From contig CBINNO010000003.1 of the NCBI GenBank assembly GCA_966252055.1, positions 396 through 64,395 of the forward strand: 64,000 bases of DNA. The letters run 5' to 3'. Positions 8,580 through 18,800 of this stretch are shown in pieces (the stretch's first letter is position 1; each line of letters starts with the position of its first letter). The DNA comes from an uncultured Rheinheimera sp. (GTDB taxonomy: Bacteria; Pseudomonadota; Gammaproteobacteria; Enterobacterales; Alteromonadaceae). The position numbers and the translations under genes were made by a program. The notes beneath the pieces are model-generated. The model was not told the DNA's origin and searched no databases. It saw only the letters and a program-made list of their open reading frames with translations.

Positions 8580-10466
8580 ATGACATACTGGGTAAAAAAG
8601 CTGGTTCTCGCTTTGGCTGTGACGGCTCCGGTCGCGCATGCCGCCAATCTGGTGCAGTTCAGTGCCGGCCAGCCAGCCAAAGCGGCGGAAGTGAATGCCA
8701 ATTTTAAAGCGCTGAATGATGAGTTGGCAGCCGCCAAAAATTTCAGCGACCTGACCGAGGCCCAAATCCAGGCGCTGAAAAATGCGGTCGGCGCCGGCGG
8801 GGTCATTGACGGGCTGCAGGTTGATTGTACCGAAGACCCGGCGGCTCTGGTCAATGTGATAGAGACTAAAGGCAGGCATAACCAGTTTATGCGCGTCACT
8901 ATTAAAGGTGACTGCCATGCAGTGATGACTACGCAGTTCCACGGCTTTAATCTGTTTATCAATGGCGATGAAGCGGGCGCCCGTCTGATCCCCGATCCTG
9001 ACGCGGTGCAAAAGTGGAATTTGCTGGGTGGTTTTAACGGCGGTCTCTATCTCAATAATCTGACGTTGTTGCCGCCATCTGACGCCGATGCCGTGCTGTT
9101 TTCCCGGTCGTCACAGGGCTCGTTGACCAATGTGACGATTGAAGGAGGCAGTAATGGCGTCGTAGTGCAGGCGACAGCGCAGGTCTATCTGACCAATGTC
9201 AAAATACGCAACACCAGCCAGACAGGCATCTCAGCTTATACCGGCGGTTCGCTGCGATTCACCGGCAACAGCGACAACAGTGCGCTGATTGAGACCCACT
9301 CAGGAATTGGCCTGTTAGTCGATCTGGCGGGCGCCAGTATGGCGAACACTGAAATTAAAGCGCCAGTCGCTTTGGAATTGCGTAACGGCGGAACCTTAGC
9401 AGTCAACTTTGGCCGTCAACTGATCCTGCAGGGCAGTACCAGAATGTTTACCGGCGGTCAGCTGAGTGCGCAGGATATCGCTGTGACGGGGTCAATTCTG
9501 ATGCGGCAGGCCTCGTTGTTTGCTGACAGAGCCACCATTGTCGGTAACACCCGGTTGTTCGATGGCGCACAGTTTACGGTCCTGAGTGGCTCCATGCGGG
9601 CAACGGACCCACCATCAGCAAATTACGATGAGCATATGGTACTGGAAGTATCGGGCGGTTCTCAGGCGACTTTAGGCCGGCATGCGACTCAGATGCAGCT
9701 CGATGTGACCGGCTATTTGGTATTGAACAATGCCCGGGTTTCAGCGCTGTGGACCCAGCTGAATACTGATTTAAACATGGAAGCTTCGTCATTTTCGATG
9801 GAAAAATCTAACTTTCTCGGGCTTGCGCGCGACGCCAACAATCCCTACCAGGCCAATCTGAGCAGTAACTCAACCTGGCGACTGTTTCAGTCCAATGTTT
9901 CGGCAGGCAAAGTGTTGCTGATGCAAAGCACTTTGAATATCGATGGCGAGAGCGGCAACAATAACTACGGTAATACCGCCAACACCTACTTCCAGCTGGC
10001 GATGGGCAGTTCGTTGAGAGCCGCCAATTGCAAAGGTAACAGTTACTTTAATCTGGAAGGCAGCAGTTTGCAGTTACTGGATTGTGATTTCACTGAATCC
10101 GTGGTGTCGGCACATACTGGCAGTAAAGCCCGGATTGACCGTTCGAAGATTGGCCTGGTGCATGTGGATGGCGGCAGTACCGCGGGTTTCTACCAGTCAA
10201 AACTGACAGGCGCAGGATTTACCGACTGGGGCGACCAAAATTACAACATCGGCGCCAATTCTATGATGTATCTGGATGGCTCATCGCTGACCGTGACCAA
10301 ACATTTTAACAACAACGGCGTGCTGCGTTTGCAAAATGCCAGCGTGGATATGAAAAACTCCACAGTGCAATGTTATGCAAACCGCGGCTTTATTGAATGG
10401 TGGTCCGCCACGGCTGCCAGCACTATCGGTGTGCTGAGCGGCTGTAATTCTGCCCCGGCACCTTAG
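8580..10466 (+). CDS. Secreted parallel beta-helix (pectin-lyase-fold-like) protein with N-terminal FSAGQPAKAAEVNANF motif, 628 aa
   Basis: SD AAGGAAG; signal peptide ending AHA; short coiled coil, then G/S/N-rich repeats (LTNVTIEGGSNGVVV, LTNVKIRNTSQTGISA) typical of right-handed beta-helices. Confidence 0.75.
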   Translation: MTYWVKKLVLALAVTAPVAHAANLVQFSAGQPAKAAEVNANFKALNDELAAAKNFSDLTEAQIQALKNAVGAGGVIDGLQVDCTEDPAALVNVIETKGRHNQFMRVTIKGDCHAVMTTQFHGFNLFINGDEAGARLIPDPDAVQKWNLLGGFNGGLYLNNLTLLPPSDADAVLFSRSSQGSLTNVTIEGGSNGVVVQATAQVYLTNVKIRNTSQTGISAYTGGSLRFTGNSDNSALIETHSGIGLLVDLAGASMANTEIKAPVALELRNGGTLAVNFGRQLILQGSTRMFTGGQLSAQDIAVTGSILMRQASLFADRATIVGNTRLFDGAQFTVLSGSMRATDPPSANYDEHMVLEVSGGSQATLGRHATQMQLDVTGYLVLNNARVSALWTQLNTDLNMEASSFSMEKSNFLGLARDANNPYQANLSSNSTWRLFQSNVSAGKVLLMQSTLNIDGESGNNNYGNTANTYFQLAMGSSLRAANCKGNSYFNLEGSSLQLLDCDFTESVVSAHTGSKARIDRSKIGLVHVDGGSTAGFYQSKLTGAGFTDWGDQNYNIGANSMMYLDGSSLTVTKHFNNNGVLRLQNASVDMKNSTVQCYANRGFIEWWSATAASTIGVLSGCNSAPAP

Positions 10467-10515
10467 CCAATCCACAGCCAACCACCGGTTGCCCTGCAGC
10501 CACAAGCAATCCCGC

Positions 10516-10537
10516 CATGGGCCTGTAAAGGCCCATG
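10516..10537 (+). terminator. Probable terminator or stabilising hairpin after 10466
   Basis: CATGGGCCT-GTAA-AGGCCCATG, 9-bp stem with GNRA loop; weak U-tract. Confidence 0.45.
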
Positions 10538-10618
10538 CATCTTCTGTACGGCTGTGCGTTTCGGCTATAGGGCCGATGTCGTCAGCAGTTGCACGACGAC
10601 GGGGCTGCAGCGCGCATC

Positions 10619-10683
10619 TTGCACAAAACTGTCGCCATCAGGCACGGATTTGTCGCAGCCGGAAACAGGTGGAATGTTAAATT
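10619..10683 (+). promoter_or_regulatory. Direct-repeat operator plus extended -10 box, copy C (upstream of lipase-SLH gene)
   Basis: TTGCACAAAAC-TGTCGC(10630)-N15-TGTCGCAGCC(10651), then TGT-TAAATT (10678-10683) 21 nt after the second hexamer. Confidence 0.7.
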
Positions 10684-10846
10684 AATGAGTGACTTACCTG
10701 AGTTGCTGTGGATTGCGCTATTCACAACAAGACGGGGACTTTCTGACTTTTCCCACGAAGTAACGCAACGGATGAGCTCAACTATGTCTGCGACTAACAA
10801 GAGTTTTCGTTTTACTGAATGTGCCCGATATGGCACACGGAACCCT

Positions 10847-13800
10847 ATGGGTATCACACACTTTTTTTTAAACGCGATCTTGTGGGTTTCACTGTTTCTC
10901 AGTGCATCGGTGCACGCGTCTTCAGTCAAAAATTTCCGAACCGACCTGATGTGTCCGGAAAATTTCCATGAGCAGTCTAATTTTCATTACGACGCGCAGG
11001 CCGCGAAGGTGCTTGCCGAATTCGCCCGGGATGTCTACGTCATTAAAAGCGAACAAACGTTAGCACAAAGCAAACTGGCGTTGGAAAAGCTGATGAATGG
11101 CCGCTATGCAAACGCATTGGTGCTGAACAGCCAAGATTTACAAGGTGATATGCAGGCTTTCGTCTGGGAAAATGATGACAAAATAATTGTATCTGTAAAA
11201 GGAACTGATGAGCTGATCGATTGGGAGTTTAATCTGACAAATTACAGAGTCCCGTTGAGCGTAGAAAACAAGAGCGTACCGGGAGTTCAGGTTCATATGG
11301 GTTTTAATTTTTATGCGGATCGACTCATTGAATTACTTCAAGCAACACAGCAAGGGCAACAGATACTCAACAGAATTTTGCTTTCTGAAAAAGATGTTTT
11401 TCTGACTGGTCACAGCCTCGGTGGCGCTGTCGTAACCTTGTTGGCGGCGAAATTTCGGGAAATGGGGGTGTCAAAGGGACGGCTGCAAGTTTATACCTTC
11501 GGAGCACCTGCAGTCGGTGACGATGCATTTGTAAGTCGTTACGAACCCTACTTTGCCACAGGCTTTAATATTTTCCGCGTGAGGAATCAGGATGATGTAG
11601 TCCCTTATGTCACTTACCTGGATATAGACAAACTCACAATCTCACGCTGTGCAGCGACATCCTTTAAGCCTGGTCATCCGGCGGCAAACTTTGTCAGATG
11701 CCTGGCAGGCAAGACTGCCATGTCGGTGTTTAAACATCGGTTCGAACAAATTGGTTTTCTGCGCGCTCACTCATCTGCAGTCGCGAATTACGGACAACAG
11801 TTGGATGCCCGGCAATCAACTGTGTTAAGACCTACGGACTGGAACGTGCTGAACATGCTGACCTCAGATCGGGTGTTTGAGGTCTTTGCCGAACATAGCA
11901 GTGTTTTATACGCCAGCCATGTGGCGCAGAATCATCAATTAAGCACAGCACCCGCCTGCAATATTGATGGAAGCGTCCAGCGCGCTCAACAAGCTTACGT
12001 ACCGACCGTTTTTCATTTTGGTCTGACCCGTTTGAAAAACAGCGAGGTGAAGCTCAGTGCGCCAGTCACGTTGCAAGCCGAATCTGCCACTTATGGTTCA
12101 ATGCGTATTAAACTCGGGCTACCACCATTAAAAGGCCTTTTTGTGACGACCACAAAAACAGTGGATCTGACAGGCGCGGGTATCGTGATTGAGGTCAAAG
12201 ATAAAGCCACTGGCAAAAAGTTTTACCGCCGTGATTTTACCGTGAGCGCAGCGACCTCGGATGAGCCATTACTGCCAGAATTTTTACCAGATAATTTGCC
12301 ACAGAGTTTTTATACCGAACGCACCGGTCAGCAGGATTTTGTTTTACAGATCACTGCATTCAATACCAAACATCTATTTGATAACGGCTCAGACACTTTT
12401 CACTGGCAGCAAGACATTCATCTGGAAGCAGATGACGTGGACTACTTGTGGCAATACCAGCCAACCCGCTTACGGTTTCAGGACAGCAGCAAAACGGACT
12501 GGGACAGCAGCCAACACATGCTGTCATTGCAACAAGGCGAAAAATTCTCAGTTTGTTTAAGCAACAGTCCGCGCCAACTGACTCAGGTCACCAATATCCA
12601 GTTAGTGGTTGATGTTGTCGGTGCGGGCAGAAGGATTACTTTTCAAGCGCCGAGCTATGATGATGCGACCGGTTGCATGGAGTTTACCGCCAGCGAAACG
12701 GGCAGATTTAAGTTGATCCGGGTGGATGCTGAGGTGTTTCGGGATGATTTAAATCAGTCTGTGTACACGACCTTGGATTATTTTTATAGGGGCTATGTTT
12801 CTGTTACGGGTTCGTTTCAGCAAGGGGTTGGCAAACTCCTTTTTCGTGATGACTTTAATGGCGCTGAGCGAGGTCCAAATCCGGAGCATTGGATTGCTTC
12901 AGGATATGATGTGGTTGTGTCTAATGGTCATTTAGGAATGTATGCCAATGTCACCGATAATACAGGTAGAGTTAAAAGTAAAATTTCAATTCCATCTGGA
13001 AAAATCAAGGTGACTATTAAGCATTATATGTCACCTGGGGGGAGTTATTTCTTTCCGAAATTATCTTTAGGTCTTAAGAATGGAACATATTTAGGTGCTA
13101 TGTTTATGAAATCAGATTATTTTGCAGATAATTGTGGGGATTATGGAAATGCAAATAAAATCTCGATTTATACATCTGAGAGTCACTGTAATTTTTATTA
13201 TGCAGTAAATTCTTCTGACTTTTACAATAAATGGGTGGAAACAACTCTTATATTCGATCCGGCAACAGGTCTGATACAGTTAGATCTCGGAAATGATAAG
13301 TCAATCGATTTTGAGGTAACTTTGTCGCCGGAGTATCGGGCGGATGTCGACCATATCTACATGGATGGATATGGATGGTGGACATTTCATCAGCATCTAA
13401 TTGACTGGATCACTGTAGAGGCAGGCTCGGAGTATGATAGTAGCATACCGACAACCACCTTCCTCTCCGAAAACCTGCCCGATGGCACTTATCAGCTGGG
13501 GGCCGCTACCAAACGCTGGCGTTTTAAAACAGCCGATGTGGCTGTTGCTGGCTTAAAAGCCGTGCGGGTCAGTGCGGATGCGGCGCTTGGTATTCAAACT
13601 GCCGAAATTCCGTTGGGCGATGTCGCGGCTAACAGCGAGTTTCTGGTCGAGTTGCCGCTGCAGGTTAGCCGTGGCAATCAGGCGGTGGCGCGTTCGGTGT
13701 GGAAATTGGTTGATGGTACTGGTAAAGACGTGCAGATCAGCAACAGTAAAACCAATACCTTCTGGCTGTCGCTGCGGACAAACAGGCCTCCCCAGTTTGC

Positions 13801-15634
13801 CGCCTTGCAAAAAACGGCACTGGGCGGTGAGGTCGGCAATCTGTTGCAATTACCTTTACAGGCGACAGATGCTGACGGCGACGCCCTGACTTTTTCAGTG
13901 GTATTCGGCGGTGGCAGCATTATTGATAAAGTCAGCCGCGTGAGCAACAAAGCCTGGCAGGGTAGCTTTGCGCAGGCGGGGGTACAGCCGCTACAGCTGG
14001 CCGTTTCGGACGGGCTGGAGCAGGATCTGATCAATATCGATGCGGTGATTTACACCGGTAGTGGTCTGGCGAACTTTTTTGCCGATGTGCAATATCCGGG
14101 CACTGACGATATCAACAGCGTTTACAGTGCCGTGCACTTCCTGGCTGGCAAAGGCATTGTGATGGGCGCATCGACACAGGCGGGTGAGCGATATTTTGAA
14201 CCTGCGCGCGCAGCCACTCAGGCGGAAGCTTTAAAAATGTTGTTGCTGGCAGCGCAGGAGCGTGGCTTTGTCCAGCTGCAGCAAGCTCCCTATATTCCTG
14301 AGCATTATCAGAACCAGATCAGCCAGAACGGCCAGCTGTTCGACTACAGCTGGGCGGCTGACTATGCCTACACAGCAGAGCAACTGGGCATGGTTGATAA
14401 CCTGCAGTTGTTCGAACCGGCGGCTTTGCTTAGCCGTGAACAGGCCGCGTACTGGCTGGAACAGTTGCTGGAACTGGAATCCCCGCTGGCGGTGCTCAAA
14501 GCGCGTGGTCTGACCGATCGTTATCAATTCAGCGATGCAACAGCTTTTGCGCAGCCAGCGCATTATCAGGCCGCTTTAAAAACGGCGTTGTTCGGTTACC
14601 TCGGGACTTTGGGACAGAATTTCCGGCCGGCAGATCCGATCAACCGCGGCGACTTTGCGGTGATTGCGGCCCGGGTGCTGCGCACGGCCACTGTTGTTGG
14701 CCTGACCAGCCAGCAAGTGCAGCTTGCCGAGCGCTTTGGCCAGCAGATGCCGGTGGTGAAGCACGGGCAAACGCTGCAAATCAATGGCGTGACCGGTTTG
14801 GCGGTGTCTGAAATTTCGCAGCAGGGCCAGCTGATTAAAGAGGAATGGCTGGACCCGGCGCAAAGCTACGTCAGAATTGGCATCACACTGGATGATGGTA
14901 CTGCACTCGGGACAGCCCGGATGATTGATCAGCTGGCGTCTAAGCCATTGCTGCTTAATACCAATAACCTGCAACTGACCCGCAGCAGCATGATTAATTT
15001 GATTGTGCTGCTGGAAAATACCCGTTCAGGCGTAATTAGCGCACAGTATTTGCCGCTGGCACTCGATTTTGCCGACAAAGACGGTGATGGACGCCGCGAT
15101 GATGTGGACGCTTTTCCAGAGGATAACAGGTACAGCCGTGACGCCAATAAAAATGGTGTGCCTGATGAAGTTGAAGATTTGTTGCGCGAGCTCGGCATTG
15201 ACGGAACTGCCAAGGCGACGGTCAATGGGGTGGCACAAAGTTATAGCCTGGCCTATGCCATCGCTTTTGGCCTGGCTTACGACAGAACCACGACAGGATT
15301 GCCGCAGGATAAAACGGCTCCGGTGATTCAGTTGCCGCCTGTATTGACCATTCAGACACCACACAGCGACGGCTTGCCAGCGACAAACTGGCAGCTGGCA
15401 AATTATCTGGCTGCGGTAAAGGCTGTGGATAATCTGGATTTGCATGTCAAGCTGAGCCATGACGCCCCGGCCCGCTTTGCCATAGGCCAGACCTTGCTGA
15501 CGTTCACCGCGACAGATCAGGCCGGCAATATTTCTAAAGCCACCGCCACCGTCACGCTGGAGCTGGTTGCGGCCAAACCGCGCAAATCAAGGATGATGAA
15601 AATTATCTTGCTGAGCCAACCGCAGTCGCCATAA
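10847..15634 (+). CDS. Large secreted class-3 lipase / NBR1-Ig-like / cadherin-like / 3xSLH / TSP3-like / HYR mosaic protein (about 1595 aa)
   Basis: Start moved to ATG 10847 (signal MGITHFFLNAILWVSLFLSASVHA). Lipase_3 motifs VHMGF, FLTGHSLGG, YTFGAPAVG, NQDDVVP, EHSSVLY. NBR1-like FLSENLPDGT...TKRWRF. QATDADGDALTFS. SLH-like FADV...FEPARAATQAE, FEPAALLSREQ, FRPADPINRGD. DKDGDGRRDDVDAFP. HYR DKTAPVI...TFTATDQAGN. Confidence 0.85.
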   Translation: MGITHFFLNAILWVSLFLSASVHASSVKNFRTDLMCPENFHEQSNFHYDAQAAKVLAEFARDVYVIKSEQTLAQSKLALEKLMNGRYANALVLNSQDLQGDMQAFVWENDDKIIVSVKGTDELIDWEFNLTNYRVPLSVENKSVPGVQVHMGFNFYADRLIELLQATQQGQQILNRILLSEKDVFLTGHSLGGAVVTLLAAKFREMGVSKGRLQVYTFGAPAVGDDAFVSRYEPYFATGFNIFRVRNQDDVVPYVTYLDIDKLTISRCAATSFKPGHPAANFVRCLAGKTAMSVFKHRFEQIGFLRAHSSAVANYGQQLDARQSTVLRPTDWNVLNMLTSDRVFEVFAEHSSVLYASHVAQNHQLSTAPACNIDGSVQRAQQAYVPTVFHFGLTRLKNSEVKLSAPVTLQAESATYGSMRIKLGLPPLKGLFVTTTKTVDLTGAGIVIEVKDKATGKKFYRRDFTVSAATSDEPLLPEFLPDNLPQSFYTERTGQQDFVLQITAFNTKHLFDNGSDTFHWQQDIHLEADDVDYLWQYQPTRLRFQDSSKTDWDSSQHMLSLQQGEKFSVCLSNSPRQLTQVTNIQLVVDVVGAGRRITFQAPSYDDATGCMEFTASETGRFKLIRVDAEVFRDDLNQSVYTTLDYFYRGYVSVTGSFQQGVGKLLFRDDFNGAERGPNPEHWIASGYDVVVSNGHLGMYANVTDNTGRVKSKISIPSGKIKVTIKHYMSPGGSYFFPKLSLGLKNGTYLGAMFMKSDYFADNCGDYGNANKISIYTSESHCNFYYAVNSSDFYNKWVETTLIFDPATGLIQLDLGNDKSIDFEVTLSPEYRADVDHIYMDGYGWWTFHQHLIDWITVEAGSEYDSSIPTTTFLSENLPDGTYQLGAATKRWRFKTADVAVAGLKAVRVSADAALGIQTAEIPLGDVAANSEFLVELPLQVSRGNQAVARSVWKLVDGTGKDVQISNSKTNTFWLSLRTNRPPQFAALQKTALGGEVGNLLQLPLQATDADGDALTFSVVFGGGSIIDKVSRVSNKAWQGSFAQAGVQPLQLAVSDGLEQDLINIDAVIYTGSGLANFFADVQYPGTDDINSVYSAVHFLAGKGIVMGASTQAGERYFEPARAATQAEALKMLLLAAQERGFVQLQQAPYIPEHYQNQISQNGQLFDYSWAADYAYTAEQLGMVDNLQLFEPAALLSREQAAYWLEQLLELESPLAVLKARGLTDRYQFSDATAFAQPAHYQAALKTALFGYLGTLGQNFRPADPINRGDFAVIAARVLRTATVVGLTSQQVQLAERFGQQMPVVKHGQTLQINGVTGLAVSEISQQGQLIKEEWLDPAQSYVRIGITLDDGTALGTARMIDQLASKPLLLNTNNLQLTRSSMINLIVLLENTRSGVISAQYLPLALDFADKDGDGRRDDVDAFPEDNRYSRDANKNGVPDEVEDLLRELGIDGTAKATVNGVAQSYSLAYAIAFGLAYDRTTTGLPQDKTAPVIQLPPVLTIQTPHSDGLPATNWQLANYLAAVKAVDNLDLHVKLSHDAPARFAIGQTLLTFTATDQAGNISKATATVTLELVAAKPRKSRMMKIILLSQPQSP

Positions 15635-15680
15635 GAAAGGGAAAGCACCACTTGTGCCAGTCCTGGTCAGCCACACTGTG

Positions 15681-15709
15681 CCGGACCTTGTTGTGGGTTC
15701 AAGGTCCGG
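15681..15709. other. Intergenic inverted repeat
   Basis: CCGGACCTTG-N9-CAAGGTCCGG, 10-bp stem downstream of the lipase gene; no clear U-tract. Confidence 0.4.
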
Positions 15710-15848
15710 ACTCTGATGCCAAACCAGGGCTTAATGGGTACAATACAGGGCGCTGTTGTATCCATTCCTATGATTTTATTGTAAATTATCGGTGTTTAAC
15801 TATCAGGTGTCAGCCTGATCATGGAATGTTGTGCAAGGAAGGGTATCT

Positions 15849-18800
15849 ATGAAACCAGTTGTATCAGGTTGTTGTTCTCCTGCCGTTTTATTCAGAAAAT
15901 TCATGTTGGGGTGTCTGCTGTGCTTTTGTACTGTGTTTGGCACTGTGTTTGGCTCAATCCTGAGCGCTTCTGTCGCCTGGGCCGGTGATTTTTTCAATCA
16001 GCCCACTTCCCTTAGTTTTGAGCAGGAAACGGTGGTCCAGAAAGCGACTGCTGATAAGTTTTATGCTGTCGATCTGGTTGCAGGGCACAGCTATAGCGTG
16101 GTGGTCCAGAGCCAGCAAATCAGTGGCAGTGTGGCGGTGGATATTTACCAACCGGACAGCAACACTGAGGTGTACCGCTCTGAGGGCTACTTTTATAACA
16201 ATAGTTATTCCGTCATTGAGTTTACCCCGGCCGTCTCAGGCCGTTATACGCTGAAAATCCGCGGGGTTGCGGCGACAGTGCGCCTGCAAATCCTGCGCGG
16301 TTTTGCCAATCCCGGCATTCATGACAATCACCGCAGTATTTATCCGGGTTTGAACACGGCGCGTTATCTGAAAAGCGGTGCTTATGCCTTCAGTGGCCGC
16401 ACTGAGTACTTCCGCTTTGAAGGCCGGGTTGGTGATCAGATCAATATCAATCTGTTAAGCCTGCCAGCCAATGGCGGCAGCGCCCGATTCCGGCTTTATG
16501 TGCCGTCGGGCGATGAGCTGCTGACCAAATATGATGATTATCTGTCTTTAAATCAAAGAGCGGCTTTCAACTTCACTGCCTATCACAATGGCGTGTATTA
16601 CCTGCGTGTTGACCGCGATGGTGCCGGCAGTTTTGAAGTCGGTTTGTCCGGTGTGCGGGCCGACGTCGATGACGACAGCGACGGTTTAGCCAACAGTGCA
16701 GAGTGGTCGCGCGGCTCTGCCGTGGATAAAGCCGACACTAATGGTGATGGTCGTAATGACTATCAGCAGGCGCTGGCCGGCCAGCGTGGTCTTTATCCCA
16801 CCGAATGGCAACGCGCCGATGTGGCAGGGGCAAGTACATTGCAAACAGCCAAAGCTGTCCCTTATTTTGATCAGCCATTTAGTGTACCGATGGATGGCTT
16901 TGACAAATATGTCAGCTTTGAATTGAAGCAAGGCGAATCGGTTGCGCTGGATATCCGCGCTTTACGCGGCGCTGGTTCCAGTCAGGCTTATTTGTATGGA
17001 CCCGGCAGCTCACCTGTGCTGATCCGAAGTCTTGGCTATCTCAGCCAGGCGTCGGGTTTGTCTTATGAATTCACCGCGCGTTTAACCGGCACTTATTATC
17101 TGCGCATCGGCGCCGCTTTTGGTCTGGCGGATGTCGGGATTTACCGCGGGTTGACCAGTCCACTGCGGCAGGCGTCTTTATACCAGCAAACGCCGCTGAC
17201 GGCAGCTCAGTTACAAAGCGGGCGTTTGGCACACGATGGCCGGACTAGTTACTGGTACTTTCTGGCCAAAGCCGGAGACCAGGTCAGTTTGCAAGTCTCA
17301 CCGCTGCTGACTGCTTCCAGCCTGACAGTCTCGTTGTTTGCGCCGGGCGACAGCAATGCCTTTAAAAATCTGTCGTATTTGTCCAGCCAGGAAAACCGCA
17401 GCATCGACTTTATCGCCCGGCAGGAAGGCGTTTATCTGATGAAAGTGACAGGAGCGGCCGGCCAGCTGGATGTCATTCTCAATGGCGTGCAACAGGCGCA
17501 AGACACCGACGCTGATGGCCTGCCGGACGTATTGGAGTACCTGAGAGGGCTGGATCCGGCCAGACCGGATACCAACAACAACGGTGAGACCGATGCTGAA
17601 GAGCTGGCCGCCGGCCGGGCGGGTCTCTATGCCACCGAGTGGACAGCACAGGACGTGGCCTCCGCGTTAAATCCGCAAGTGGGTAAATTACTGCCTTACT
17701 TTAACCAGAAATTCAGTGTGCAATTTCCCGGGCAGGACACTTATATCCGGCTGCCGCTGGTGGCCGGCCAACCTGTCGCTATCCGAGTGCTGAACCACAC
17801 CAATGTGGGTTCAGTTATCGCGACTGTACGGGCGCCGGACGACAATTCGCGGGTCCGCTGGAGCTCCAACTTGTCTGACAATGAATCTGGGGTCTTATCG
17901 GTACAGCCGGCAACAACAGGGATCTACAGCCTCCATTTGTCGGGTTCGGCAGGTTTAGTCACTGTGCTGGTTGAGCAGGGCTTCAGCCATGCAGAGCGTG
18001 CCGGTGCGGTTTCAGCCTTTTTTGGCAGTCTGAATACCGCCAGATATCTGCAGAATGGCGAATACAGCCGTGGCACTGAGGACCAATACTTCAGATTTGA
18101 AATGCAGGCCGAAGAGCAAATCAGTGTTGCCCTGACTGCGCTGATGGACAGAGGTGACCTGACCCTCGAACTGTGGGGCGGCATCCGCAATGCCGAACGC
18201 CGGCTGGCGAATACTTACAGCATTTCAGACAAAGAAACGCAGCAACTCGTGTTTCGTGCCGCGCAAACAGGCGTGTATTACCTGAAAGTAAAAGGGAGTA
18301 CTGGTCGTTATCTGTTATCAGTCACTGGGCTGCGGCCGGACCTGGACAATGACCAAGACGGACTGTCCAACACGGCTGAGCTGGTGAGCGGTTTGGATCC
18401 AAACCGGCCCGATACTAATGGCAATCAGCTCGGCGATTTGCTGGAGGGACTGAATGGATTGGCAGGTCTTGATGCGGTTGAATGGCAGTCGCAAAGCTGG
18501 CAAAGCGCAACCAGCCGTGGCACCGCCCTGCCGTTGCCCACTGTTAATCGGCCGCTAACTTTGCATCTGGGGCTGGAAAAGCGCTATCTGAAACTCGAAT
18601 TGCAGGCGGGTGAGTATATTACGGTCGCCGGCAGAGCGCTCAGCACTCACAAAGACCCGTCGGTCAGACTGTACCGGCCAGACAGCGTAAACGCCTCGGT
18701 GGGTCTGCTCTATGACATGTACGACGACGAAGACACTGTCGCACTTGACTATCAGGCGGCACTCACCGGGACTCATTATCTGGAATTGCCGGCAGGCCCT

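Noticed and set aside
10589-10846. ORF-track N-terminal extension of the lipase gene (similar extensions end at 22695, 26235, 60919, 63264 and 63842)
   Set aside because: The extensions cover promoter motifs or adjacent genes; downstream starts have SD sequences, signal peptides or start/stop overlaps.
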